A stretch of DNA of 64,000 nt from an uncultured Alphaproteobacteria bacterium (lineage in GTDB: Bacteria > Pseudomonadota > Alphaproteobacteria > Rs-D84), in contig CALXMC010000004.1 of NCBI GenBank assembly GCA_944389385.1, positions 77,014 to 141,013 of the forward strand. The letters run 5' to 3'. Both the position numbers and the translations under genes were made by a program. Under the pieces are notes generated by a model. That model worked only from the letters and a program-made list of their open reading frames with translations. It was not told the origin of the DNA and ran no database searches. How positions within the stretch are numbered: position 1 is the first letter of the stretch; every line of letters starts with the position of its first letter. Positions 46,924 to 55,820 of this stretch are shown one piece after another.

Positions 46924-47664
46924 TCACCTTTCCTGAATTCGTTTTTGTTGTATTGTGGCATAGTCAGCCATCATTTTGGCAACGGCACCGGGTAAATCAG
47001 TTTTTATCACATCGGGGGTTATGTACGCATTTACAAATGAATTTTCAAACATACGTTGAACAGGTTTATTGAACAAATCCAACCCGATAATATCCACAAT
47101 GCGTTCCTTTAAATCTTGGGGGACATTGTATTTTGCGATTATTGGTTCTTCAATTAAAATATGAACAAATTCATGCAGCATACATGATAGTATGCCAATA
47201 TCGATTCCTCGCCTGGCATTGCTTATTCGCAGGAATATTTTGGCGTTTTTGCCCGTACCATAGCTGGCACCAAAACCATACGTGCATAGTATGGTCAGCG
47301 TTTCGGGCATTGTCGCATTCCACGCACCCAACAATGGTTTTATACACGTTTCAATTGTTTGTTCAAATATCGGAATTGCTTTCTGGATGTTCTCATCCTG
47401 TTTTGTTAAGTATTTTGGGTTATGTATTTCATTAACAAAAATCTCATGATAATCTTGAATTTGTGCGTCAGACAGTTTTGGTTGCTGAAACATTTCACAC
47501 ATTTTTGGGTGCATCGGCATAAAACCGTTTGGACTGTAATTAAACTTTTTCAATCTTGATTGGTACATATTGTACTGTCGCAAAATGTATTGCCATGCTT
47601 CTTCTGCATTCAAATGTTTCAGTATTATTTGCATTTTATCCACTTTATTTGGATTATATATCAT
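46924..47664 (-). CDS. hypothetical protein with HExxH motif (putative metallopeptidase-like)
   Basis: CMLHEFVHILIEE. No other family evidence. Confidence 0.4.
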   Translation of the reverse strand: MIYNPNKVDKMQIILKHLNAEEAWQYILRQYNMYQSRLKKFNYSPNGFMPMHPKMCEMFQQPKLSDAQIQDYHEIFVNEIHNPKYLTKQDENIQKAIPIFEQTIETCIKPLLGAWNATMPETLTILCTYGFGASYGTGKNAKIFLRISNARRGIDIGILSCMLHEFVHILIEEPIIAKYNVPQDLKERIVDIIGLDLFNKPVQRMFENSFVNAYITPDVIKTDLPGAVAKMMADYATIQQKRIQER

Positions 47665-47752
47665 GGATAATTATATCATAAAACAGATTTTATTTGCGTG
47701 GTTTTGTTACGATAATCAACGGCATTTGCAAGAATTACAAACATCCCAATTT

Positions 47753-48535
47753 TTAATATTGGGATGTTTTGTTGATGTTTTGTGCAACTTTTACAAACTT
47801 CATATCAGCGCGCGCCGTTATGTTCGGCACTTTGACTTGTTTGTTGTGAAACTTTGGAGCCGCCTTTGACTGCGCAGAAAACAAATTTTCATAATACTTT
47901 TGCGCATCGTAAAACAGTTTTCGTATCTGTTTGGCTTGTTCGGTGTTTTTATCCATATCCAACAGGCAAACGTTGCCAAATGTCAAAAACTGTCTGCACA
48001 AAATTTTAAAGTTATCGTCATACACCGGTTTGCCGTCGCCTGACTGGATTCCAAGTTGCACCCCGGCCAAATCCAAAGCAATATGCTGTTTCGCATAATA
48101 ATCTTTGTTTTTTTCCAGAACCTTGACAGATTTGAAAACTGCGTCCAAAACATCGGCCTGGGTTGGGGGATTTTTGTCTATCAAAAATCCTTCTGCCATT
48201 GCAGCAACTTCGGCAATGTACTTTAACAAGATGTTCGAATAAGAATTTATATTGCACAACTTAACAGGCAACTTGCCATAATTTTTGCACAAACTTTTAT
48301 AATAAGCGACATATTGGTTGCGATGTGCGTTATAATAATCGATTACTTTGGCGGCTTTATTGTTCTTGTTGACATTTCCCGATATCAAATAGCGATAAAT
48401 AACGACATTATTGCCAACCAAATCAAACGATCCGGCACACAATTTTGACATATCGCCTTCGTAAAATTTCAGCAAAGCATCATTAACAACAACGTCTTGG
48501 AAAGAAACCGTTATGGGTTTATTATTTGGTCGCAT
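47753..48535 (-). CDS. hypothetical protein
   Basis: 260-aa ORF with no recognised family. Confidence 0.4.
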   Translation of the reverse strand: MRPNNKPITVSFQDVVVNDALLKFYEGDMSKLCAGSFDLVGNNVVIYRYLISGNVNKNNKAAKVIDYYNAHRNQYVAYYKSLCKNYGKLPVKLCNINSYSNILLKYIAEVAAMAEGFLIDKNPPTQADVLDAVFKSVKVLEKNKDYYAKQHIALDLAGVQLGIQSGDGKPVYDDNFKILCRQFLTFGNVCLLDMDKNTEQAKQIRKLFYDAQKYYENLFSAQSKAAPKFHNKQVKVPNITARADMKFVKVAQNINKTSQY

Positions 48536-48663
48536 ATTTTTTACCTCTTTTTGGAGTGTATTATAGTACTTTATAACATTTTGTCAATATAAATATAACA
48601 AAAAGCGGTTGCCTTTGTTGTTTTTGCTGTTATGATTCTTTTTAATAAAGCAAGGGGGTATTC

Positions 48664-49989
48664 ATGCAAGAAATAAAGTGTCCAAAATGTGGTACTGTTT
48701 TTACAGTTGATGAATCGGGATATTCTGCGATTGTCGCCCAGGTTCGTGATGAACAGTTTCACAAAGATTTGCATGAACGTTTGGCGCAATTCGAAAAAGA
48801 AAAGCAGGCAGAAATAAAACTTGCAGAATCAAAAGTCGAACAAGAAAAAGAAAAAACTGTCGCGCAGTTAAATCAGGAAATTGCCGAATTAAAGTCAAAA
48901 ATAGATGCTGCAAATAAAAGCAAGGATACAGAAATACAGTTACAGGTCGCAACGGTTCAAAACAACAAAGACAAAGAAATTGCCGAACTGACAAAGCAAA
49001 TAGAAGCATTCAAGGCTCGTGTCGAGGCGAACGAAAAAGACAAAGAAATTGCGGTTAAAGATGCGCTTAATAAGTCCAAGGAAGAATTGTTCGAAAAAGA
49101 AAAAATTATCGCCCAGTTGCAAAACGATGTAAAAGATAAAGAAAAAGATAACGAATTGGCGCAACAAAAATTAAAAAGCGACTATGACGCACAGTTAAAA
49201 ACCAAAGATGCAGAAATAGCCCTGTATAAAGATTTGAAGGCCAGACAGTCAACCAAAATGGTCGGCGAAACATTGGAACAACACTGCGATACAGAATTCA
49301 ACAGAATGCGTTCCGCTGCATTCCCGGGGGCATACTTTGAAAAAGATAATGACATCAAAACCGGCAGCAAAGGTGATTTTATATTCCGTGATTTTGCCGA
49401 AGACGGAACTGAATTTATATCCATCATGTTTGAAATGAAAAACGAAATGGATACAACGGCAACCAAACATAAAAACGAAGACTTTTTCAAAGAGTTGGAC
49501 AAAGACCGTAATGAAAAGAATTGTGAATATGCGGTATTGGTTTCTTTACTGGAATCAGACAGCGAACTTTACAATTCCGGCATCGTGGATGTGTCGCACA
49601 GATACCCAAAAATGTATGTGGTTCGTCCCCAGTTCTTTATCCCTATAATAACCCTGTTGCGTAATGCCGCATTAAATTCTGTAAAATACAAGCAACAAAT
49701 TGCGGAATACAAACAGACGAATATAGACGTATCAAACTTTGAAGCGGAAATGAACGATTTCAAAGAAAAGTTTGGCAAAAATTACATGATCGCCAGCAAG
49801 AAATTCAAAGAAGCGGTTGAAGAAATAGACAAGACGATATCTCACTTGAACAAGATAAAAGAAGCATTACTGGGGTCGGAAAATAATTTACGTTTGGCGA
49901 ATGATAAAGCCCAATATTTATCTATCAAGCGTCTGACAAAAAACAGCCCAACAGTTGCCAAAGCATTTGAAGATTTGACAAAAGAATAA
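48664..49989 (+). CDS. DUF2130 domain protein (zinc-ribbon + long coiled coil + C-terminal nuclease-fold-like domain)
   Basis: [32 protein letters not shown] is a typical DUF2130 N-terminus. RBS aggggg lies upstream. Confidence 0.7.
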   Translation: MQEIKCPKCGTVFTVDESGYSAIVAQVRDEQFHKDLHERLAQFEKEKQAEIKLAESKVEQEKEKTVAQLNQEIAELKSKIDAANKSKDTEIQLQVATVQNNKDKEIAELTKQIEAFKARVEANEKDKEIAVKDALNKSKEELFEKEKIIAQLQNDVKDKEKDNELAQQKLKSDYDAQLKTKDAEIALYKDLKARQSTKMVGETLEQHCDTEFNRMRSAAFPGAYFEKDNDIKTGSKGDFIFRDFAEDGTEFISIMFEMKNEMDTTATKHKNEDFFKELDKDRNEKNCEYAVLVSLLESDSELYNSGIVDVSHRYPKMYVVRPQFFIPIITLLRNAALNSVKYKQQIAEYKQTNIDVSNFEAEMNDFKEKFGKNYMIASKKFKEAVEEIDKTISHLNKIKEALLGSENNLRLANDKAQYLSIKRLTKNSPTVAKAFEDLTKE

Positions 49990-50243
49990 CCCCCAACGGT
50001 GTTTGTTCTGTATCGGATTGTGCGATAAAGGGTATGGAACGGGAATCTGGCGAATATATGGTTACCTGTTATCGCTTTTGGCTTAAAAAGATAATCCAGG
50101 CAATATACAAAAGATAACTTATTGCTTTACTTTTTGATTTTTGTTGGTAATAATATATGCCAACTGGTCACAACAGACGGGAAACAGTATTATGTTTAAT
50201 ATGAAAAAAACTTTTAATTGACGCGGTGCGACCATCAAAGATT

Positions 50244-50276
50244 GACGGACGCACTTTTCATGCGTCCGTTTTTTTA
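50244..50276 (+). terminator. terminator-like hairpin 25 nt upstream of lysS start
   Basis: gacggacgca-cttttca-tgcgtccgt followed by a T-run. Confidence 0.5.
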
Positions 50277-50301
50277 ACCAAAAACCACAAAAGGAAAAAC
50301 G

Positions 50302-51777
50302 ATGTCGGAAAATACAAACAACACGAAAATATCAACCAATGAATTACAGGCGCGCCTGCAAAAGGCTGAAAACATTCGCGCACGTGACGGTGTTGTTTGG
50401 AAAGACAAATATGAACGCACACATACCATCGCCGATGCGCGTGAATTGGCGGATGGAACACATGTCCGTTTGGCGGGGCGTGTGACTGCGTTGCGCTGGT
50501 TGGGCAAATTGATGTTCGGCCGCATTTATGATATTAACGGCGAAATCCAGTTTTCTATGTCGCGTGAAGAATTGGGTGAAGAACAATATAAATTCATGAA
50601 GGCCAATGTCGATTTGGGCGATTTTATCGGGATTGACGGCGAATTGTATCACACCACCGCAGGCGAATTGACTGTGCGTGTGGCAAAATATGATATTTTG
50701 GCCAAAGCACTGCGTCCGTTGCCGGAAAAGTTCCATGGACTGACTGATATGGAAACGCGGTATCGCCAACGTTATTTGGATATTATTTCCAATCCAGACA
50801 CGCGTAATGCGTTGTTGGGGCGGTTCAAGATGACTCAATATTGGCGTGATTTTATGAACGAAAATGGATTTTTGGAAATCGAAACACCAATCATGCAGAA
50901 TATCGCAAGTGGCGCGGCGGCCCGCCCATTTACAACGCATCATAATGCGTTAAATGCTGATTTCCAATTGCGTATATCGCCCGAGTTGTTTTTGAAGGAG
51001 GCCATCGGCGCAGGTTTCGACCGTGTTTACGAGGTTGCCAAAGATTTCCGCAACGAAGGTATGGATGCCATGCATCTGCAAGAATTTACCATGGTTGAAT
51101 GGTATGCTGCGTACTGGGATTTCAAGAAAAACATTCAGTTTACGTGGGATTTGATCCAGTACCTGCTGAAAAAATGCCGCGGTACGTTACAGATTGAATA
51201 TCAGGGCACGAAACTGGACTTTTCAAAGTACGAAATGATTGACTATACCGCCAAGATGAATGAATTTTTCGGATGCAACATTTTGGATTTTGAAAATGTG
51301 GATGAATTGCGCGATAAATTGGTGTCGGCGGGCATGTTCCCTGCGGACGAATTGGAAGATTTGAAATCTTTGCCTGCTTTGGTTGATTATGTTTACAAGC
51401 GCAAGATTCGTGACAGTATCGTTAATCCGACGTTCTTGTATAACTATCCTGCATACATGGTGCCGTTGGCGCGTCGTAACGACGAAGATGAACGCCGCAT
51501 AGATATGTATCAGTTGTTGGTGTGCGGGGCTGAATTGTGCAAGGGATATTCCGAATTGGTTAATCCAATTCAACAATTGGCTGCGTTTGAAGAGCAGGCC
51601 AAAAACATCGCCGATGGTGATGAAGAAGCATTTAACCCCGACAATGATTTTGTCCGCGCGATGGAACACGGTTTTCCGCCAATTTCAGGCGTCGGTATGG
51701 GTGTAGACAGATTGGCCAGTATCATATTCGATCAACCAACGTTACGCGATGTTGTGTTATTCCCGATAATGAAATAA
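50302..51777 (+). CDS. lysS: lysine--tRNA ligase (class II)
   Basis: OB-fold N-domain (VRLAGRVTALRWLGKLMFGRI). Class II motifs include ETPIMQ, FRNEG and GVGMGVDRL. Confidence 0.92.
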   Translation: MSENTNNTKISTNELQARLQKAENIRARDGVVWKDKYERTHTIADARELADGTHVRLAGRVTALRWLGKLMFGRIYDINGEIQFSMSREELGEEQYKFMKANVDLGDFIGIDGELYHTTAGELTVRVAKYDILAKALRPLPEKFHGLTDMETRYRQRYLDIISNPDTRNALLGRFKMTQYWRDFMNENGFLEIETPIMQNIASGAAARPFTTHHNALNADFQLRISPELFLKEAIGAGFDRVYEVAKDFRNEGMDAMHLQEFTMVEWYAAYWDFKKNIQFTWDLIQYLLKKCRGTLQIEYQGTKLDFSKYEMIDYTAKMNEFFGCNILDFENVDELRDKLVSAGMFPADELEDLKSLPALVDYVYKRKIRDSIVNPTFLYNYPAYMVPLARRNDEDERRIDMYQLLVCGAELCKGYSELVNPIQQLAAFEEQAKNIADGDEEAFNPDNDFVRAMEHGFPPISGVGMGVDRLASIIFDQPTLRDVVLFPIMK

Positions 51778-51796
51778 ATGGGGGGTGAATGCAGTT

Positions 51797-53230
51797 ATGT
51801 CACCAAATGGTTATTCTGATTCGTTTTATGCCGAAGATTTAACCGCCGATAACGACCGGAAAAATCAGGCCGTCATAGAACAAGCGCGTGCTCAGGGGCG
51901 AATAAATGACGAAGCCGCCGCGTATTTGTCTGAATTATATTCGGACAGTATAAAATGGTTTCGCGAAGTGTTTTATTTCTTGGGCAAATGCTTTGGTGCG
52001 CCCAAGGCACCCGTGATGCGGTATGATTATGCCACCGACAGTGCAATTGACGAACCTATTAAAGTTTCTGATATAAATCCATTGTCGCCATACATCGTAC
52101 ATCATCGTTTGGACGCCGATCCCATGCGTAACCAGTTTTTTACCAGTGGTGCAGGGCACAAAATCGATTTGGCTGTGTCATCCATAGTGACGGTTATCGT
52201 TGGCGCCCAGAAAAATGTTAATCGTGCGTTGGACAAAGTAACCGGTAAATATTATGCAGCGTATGTTGATGACGTTTGCGATGCAGTGTATCGTGTTATT
52301 TCAAACCGTAAAAACGACGCGTCTGCACGCGCTGTTTCTGATAAAGTTCGTGAAAAATTAACTGAAAAATATATATCCACACCGGCTGAAACGGTTTTGT
52401 CCATTATTGGTGGGGGGCATGAAGATATTGCCGTTGAATTGGTGCGTGCGTTGGACAAAGTGCGTCGGCCACGTATGCGTTTGCAAGATGTGTGGCGCGC
52501 CAAATGCTTGTTTGATTTAATTCCTCAGGCACGAACATTTATTGAACGCGTTTGCGCGATGATGCCTGACCGAATTTTGTCTGTGCGCGATAACTTTTAC
52601 GATATGAAAAATCCGCGTAATTATCGCGATGCCAAACTGATAATCGATATTGGTACAGACGGCCATATTGTGCCAATGGAAATTATATGCCAGGTTCGTA
52701 CATTCTTTGAATTTGAACGCAAAACGCATGGGCATTATGAAATCGCACGACATAACGAGACCAAAAAAACTGCGTCGGTTATAAAAACCAGTAATACAAT
52801 TGAACGCAAATTGGCTGATTTTATGGAAAAGGGCGTGCGTGAATATAATCTGATGATTTGCCAGTGTTTGGAAGATTTATTTGATCGCGTTGGTTGGAAT
52901 ATTTTATACAGCCAGGGCACAAATGTATCTATGTTTGACGGATTCCCAAAGCCATGCAAATTGTATTATCCGCCGAAAATACTGGATATAATCGTGGATA
53001 AACTGGACGGCGCAATTGAAAACGAGGTTTTTCGTGTTAAAAATGCGCCTGCTAAATTAACCCAGGCCCAAGAAAGTGAAATTTTCCATTTCATGGCGCG
53101 GTTTATTCTGGTCGCGGCCATGCCGTATTTTGGCCAGGATTGGACTGTATCACCGGATACAATGGCGGGCAAATTATTTAATTTTGTTATGACCGAAGTC
53201 CAACGGTATTACAAAAAATCCAGTAAATAA
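51797..53230 (+). CDS. hypothetical protein with divergent RelA/SpoT-like nucleotidyltransferase core
   Basis: Central stretch LQDVWRAKCLFD...NYRDAKLIIDIG..VPMEIICQVRTFFEFERKTHGHYEIAR resembles the RSH synthetase pattern (D..G.Ri...GYrslH...vEiQIRT...H..YK). ATG 51797 follows ggggggtg. Confidence 0.4.
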   Translation: MSPNGYSDSFYAEDLTADNDRKNQAVIEQARAQGRINDEAAAYLSELYSDSIKWFREVFYFLGKCFGAPKAPVMRYDYATDSAIDEPIKVSDINPLSPYIVHHRLDADPMRNQFFTSGAGHKIDLAVSSIVTVIVGAQKNVNRALDKVTGKYYAAYVDDVCDAVYRVISNRKNDASARAVSDKVREKLTEKYISTPAETVLSIIGGGHEDIAVELVRALDKVRRPRMRLQDVWRAKCLFDLIPQARTFIERVCAMMPDRILSVRDNFYDMKNPRNYRDAKLIIDIGTDGHIVPMEIICQVRTFFEFERKTHGHYEIARHNETKKTASVIKTSNTIERKLADFMEKGVREYNLMICQCLEDLFDRVGWNILYSQGTNVSMFDGFPKPCKLYYPPKILDIIVDKLDGAIENEVFRVKNAPAKLTQAQESEIFHFMARFILVAAMPYFGQDWTVSPDTMAGKLFNFVMTEVQRYYKKSSK

Positions 53231-53368
53231 AATATCTTAATCGCCCAGGAAATCAAACCAGATATTTCGGGGCGTTTTTTCTTGCTTTATGTGTTTTTAT
53301 TGGCAACAATTATCACAGGTTCGCAGTACTTTGGGAACCATAACAAGCATAAGAAAGGAAGGTACATT

Positions 53369-53713
53369 ATGCGTCAAGGTAAAGTAAAATGGTACAATGG
53401 TAAGAAGTGCTTTGGCTTTATTACGCCGGATACACCGAACGAAAATGGTAATACGGACGATGTGTTCGTTCATTCCAGTGCATTAAAGGCCGCAGGGATA
53501 CGATTCTTGAATGAAAATGATATAGTCGAATTTGAAGAAGAGGTTCGCAACGATAAATTATCCGTGACCACATTGAAATTGATTCATCGCGATGAAGAAT
53601 CCGCCCGTCGTTTCCAGGAACGTCGCGCAGAACGTCGTCGCGCAATCGAAGACCGCAAACAACGTGAAGAAAAATCAGAACGTCGCAGCGGATTTGCTTT
53701 TTGGAAAAAATAA
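53369..53713 (+). CDS. cold-shock domain protein with Arg/Glu-rich C-terminal extension
   Basis: GKVKWYNGKKCFGFITPD...VFVHSSAL CSD core. RBS aaggaagg. Confidence 0.85.
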   Translation: MRQGKVKWYNGKKCFGFITPDTPNENGNTDDVFVHSSALKAAGIRFLNENDIVEFEEEVRNDKLSVTTLKLIHRDEESARRFQERRAERRRAIEDRKQREEKSERRSGFAFWKK

Positions 53714-53727
53714 TTTTTGAAAACGAC

Positions 53728-53757
53728 AACGGCCGCCAAACCATGCGGCCGTTTTTT
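53728..53757 (+). terminator. rho-independent terminator after csp
   Basis: aacggccgc-caaaccat-gcggccgtt followed by a T-run. Confidence 0.7.
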
Positions 53758-53775
53758 ATCGCGTTGAACAATTTC

Positions 53776-53804
53776 TTGATTTTATTGAAAAAACATAGTA
53801 TCAT
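53776..53804 (+). promoter_or_regulatory. predicted rnj promoter
   Basis: TTGATT, 17 nt, TATCAT. This would give a leader of about 180 nt. Confidence 0.35.
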
Positions 53805-53896
53805 GCACGGGGTAAAGAGAGAGTTGGGGTTATGCCCCAGAAAAAATTCCCTGTTGTTTTAATTTGTTTTTGATTATATCACGGGGAAAGCAAGCC

Positions 53897-53961
53897 GCGT
53901 CGCCACAGATTCACTACAAATAAAGAATATTCTTTATTGGCAATGAATTGTGTGGCGGCGC
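53897..53961 (+). promoter_or_regulatory. structured element in rnj leader (long imperfect stem enclosing a 20-bp perfect palindrome)
   Basis: gcgtcgccacagattc pairs with gaattgtgtggcggcgc. The inner palindrome aataaagaat/attctttatt lies at 53919-53938. Confidence 0.35.
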
Positions 53962-53991
53962 AAAAGTATAATTTTAACAAAAGGATTTATT

Positions 53992-55794
53992 ATGGTAAAA
54001 GTACGTGAAAAACAAACTGTGCCGGACACAATTGTCGGCGACGCACCGAATCTGCCCGAAAAAATTCGTGGCATGAACAAGCATGAAAACGACAAAAATG
54101 ACGAAAATTTGTATTTTATGGCGTTGGGTGGGCTGGAACATGTCGGCCAAAATATGTACGTTTATAAATACAAAGGCAAATATCTGGTTGTCGATTGCGG
54201 CATGGGATTTCTGGAAGAAGAAATCGGCGCAGGCGACGTTCAGTACTGTGACACAACTTGGTTGGAAAAGCGCAAGAAAGATGTTGTCGGCTTTGTTTTA
54301 ACCCACGGTCACGAAGATCACATCGGCGCGTTAAAATTTATATGGCCGAAATTCAAAAAGCCTATTTATTGTACCCGATTCCCAGCAGAGATTCTGCGTC
54401 AGACTTTCCGCGGTGTTGAAATCGATTTTAACCCAGAACAGGATATTATCGAATTCGACCACCATGGCGCCACATTGAATCTGGATCCGTTCCAAGTTGA
54501 AACTTTCCACGTGTCGCACTCGGTTCCCGAAGCCCAGATGTTAATCATCAAAACGCCTGCGGGTAAAGTGTTGCACACGGGCGACTGGACGTTTAATGAC
54601 GATAATCCAATCGAAGATCCAACCGATTATGCGCGTTTGCGTGAAATTGGATCTGACCCGAAATTGTTGGCATGTATGTGTGATTCAACATCCGCATCCA
54701 GACAAGAGTCCCAAACAACCGAAATCCAGGTTCGTGATACATTCACAGAACTGATGAAAAATGCACCTGGGCGTGTTTTGGTGACGGGATATTCGCGTTC
54801 AATCGCGCGTATGAAGATGTTTGCCGCCGCCGCGCGTGCCGCGGGTCGTGTTGCCGCGATAAAGGAACGCAGTAATCCGAATCCGGTGCCGTTTGTTGGA
54901 TTGCCTGAATTCCGTGAAATGGGGGTTGAATTCGGATATTTGGACAAAGACGAAGTGTATCTGCACAGCGAAATCAAAGATTTGCCCGCCGAAAAGCAGG
55001 CTATATTCCTGACCGGGTCCCAGGGTGAACAGTTTGCTATGCTGACGCGTTTGTGTCGCGGGCATGTAAAAGAAATGAAATTACAGCCAACCGATACTGT
55101 ATTATTCAGTTCAATTATTATCCCGGGGCGCGAACAAGACGTTTCATATCTGTATAACAAATTGGCGCGCATGGGAATTAAAACGCACACCATTTATGAT
55201 ACAGACCATCTGCACGCCAGTGGCCACGCGGGCCGTCCTGAGTATGAACGCTTTTACGACATGGTTCATCCCCAGGTTTCTGTTCCGATGCACGGCGATT
55301 ACATCAACGAAATGCTGAACGGTAAAATGGCGATGGAACGCGGTGGCGCGAAATATATGATGGTCGTGCATAACGGCGAAATGATTGCGCTGTCCGATGG
55401 CCAGGCACCATATATCGCAGAAACAATTGAAACTGGTTTTGTCGTGATGGAGGGCGAAACCGAACGCAGTACGGATGACCCTGTATATAAAACGCGTAAA
55501 AAAATCGCATCCAACGGCGCGATATTTGTGACTTTGCCGGTGGATAAACGTGGTTTCTTGAAGGGTACGCCCGAAGTTTCCAGTGTTGGTATTTTTGAAA
55601 CCGACGATACTGGATTTATGAAACGTCAAATCCAAATCGAAATCACGCGTGCGATTGACGATTTGACCAAAACCGAACGCAAAGACAAACAAAACTTGAT
55701 TCGTGCGGTTCAAATCGCATCGAACAAGGTTGTTCGCGCGTCACTGGGGGCGGACAAAAAACCGCAATACAGTGTGCATTTTGTTCAAAAATAA
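53992..55794 (+). CDS. rnj: ribonuclease J
   Basis: Metallo-beta-lactamase motif LTHGHEDHIGAL, beta-CASP region and a C-terminal domain. About 600 aa; RBS aaagga. Confidence 0.88.
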   Translation: MVKVREKQTVPDTIVGDAPNLPEKIRGMNKHENDKNDENLYFMALGGLEHVGQNMYVYKYKGKYLVVDCGMGFLEEEIGAGDVQYCDTTWLEKRKKDVVGFVLTHGHEDHIGALKFIWPKFKKPIYCTRFPAEILRQTFRGVEIDFNPEQDIIEFDHHGATLNLDPFQVETFHVSHSVPEAQMLIIKTPAGKVLHTGDWTFNDDNPIEDPTDYARLREIGSDPKLLACMCDSTSASRQESQTTEIQVRDTFTELMKNAPGRVLVTGYSRSIARMKMFAAAARAAGRVAAIKERSNPNPVPFVGLPEFREMGVEFGYLDKDEVYLHSEIKDLPAEKQAIFLTGSQGEQFAMLTRLCRGHVKEMKLQPTDTVLFSSIIIPGREQDVSYLYNKLARMGIKTHTIYDTDHLHASGHAGRPEYERFYDMVHPQVSVPMHGDYINEMLNGKMAMERGGAKYMMVVHNGEMIALSDGQAPYIAETIETGFVVMEGETERSTDDPVYKTRKKIASNGAIFVTLPVDKRGFLKGTPEVSSVGIFETDDTGFMKRQIQIEITRAIDDLTKTERKDKQNLIRAVQIASNKVVRASLGADKKPQYSVHFVQK

Positions 55795-55796
55795 AA

Positions 55797-55820
55797 ACGG
55801 GGCAAATGCCCCGTTTTTTT
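55797..55820. terminator. bidirectional terminator between rnj and alaS
   Basis: aaaaacggggc-aaat-gccccgttttttt. Confidence 0.7.

Noticed and set aside
50344-51669. Long reverse-strand ORFs (199 aa, 148 aa) inside lysS; likewise 54627-55713 inside rnj, 30146-30854 inside hipA and 56230-56860 inside alaS
   Set aside because: All are antisense to genes with strong family signatures. None has an RBS or a recognisable motif.
53369-53713. Cold-shock protein with an Arg/Glu-rich tail as a fusion to an unknown domain
   Set aside because: The tail is short, low-complexity and charged. There is no evidence for an additional folded domain, so it is likely a lineage-specific CSD variant.
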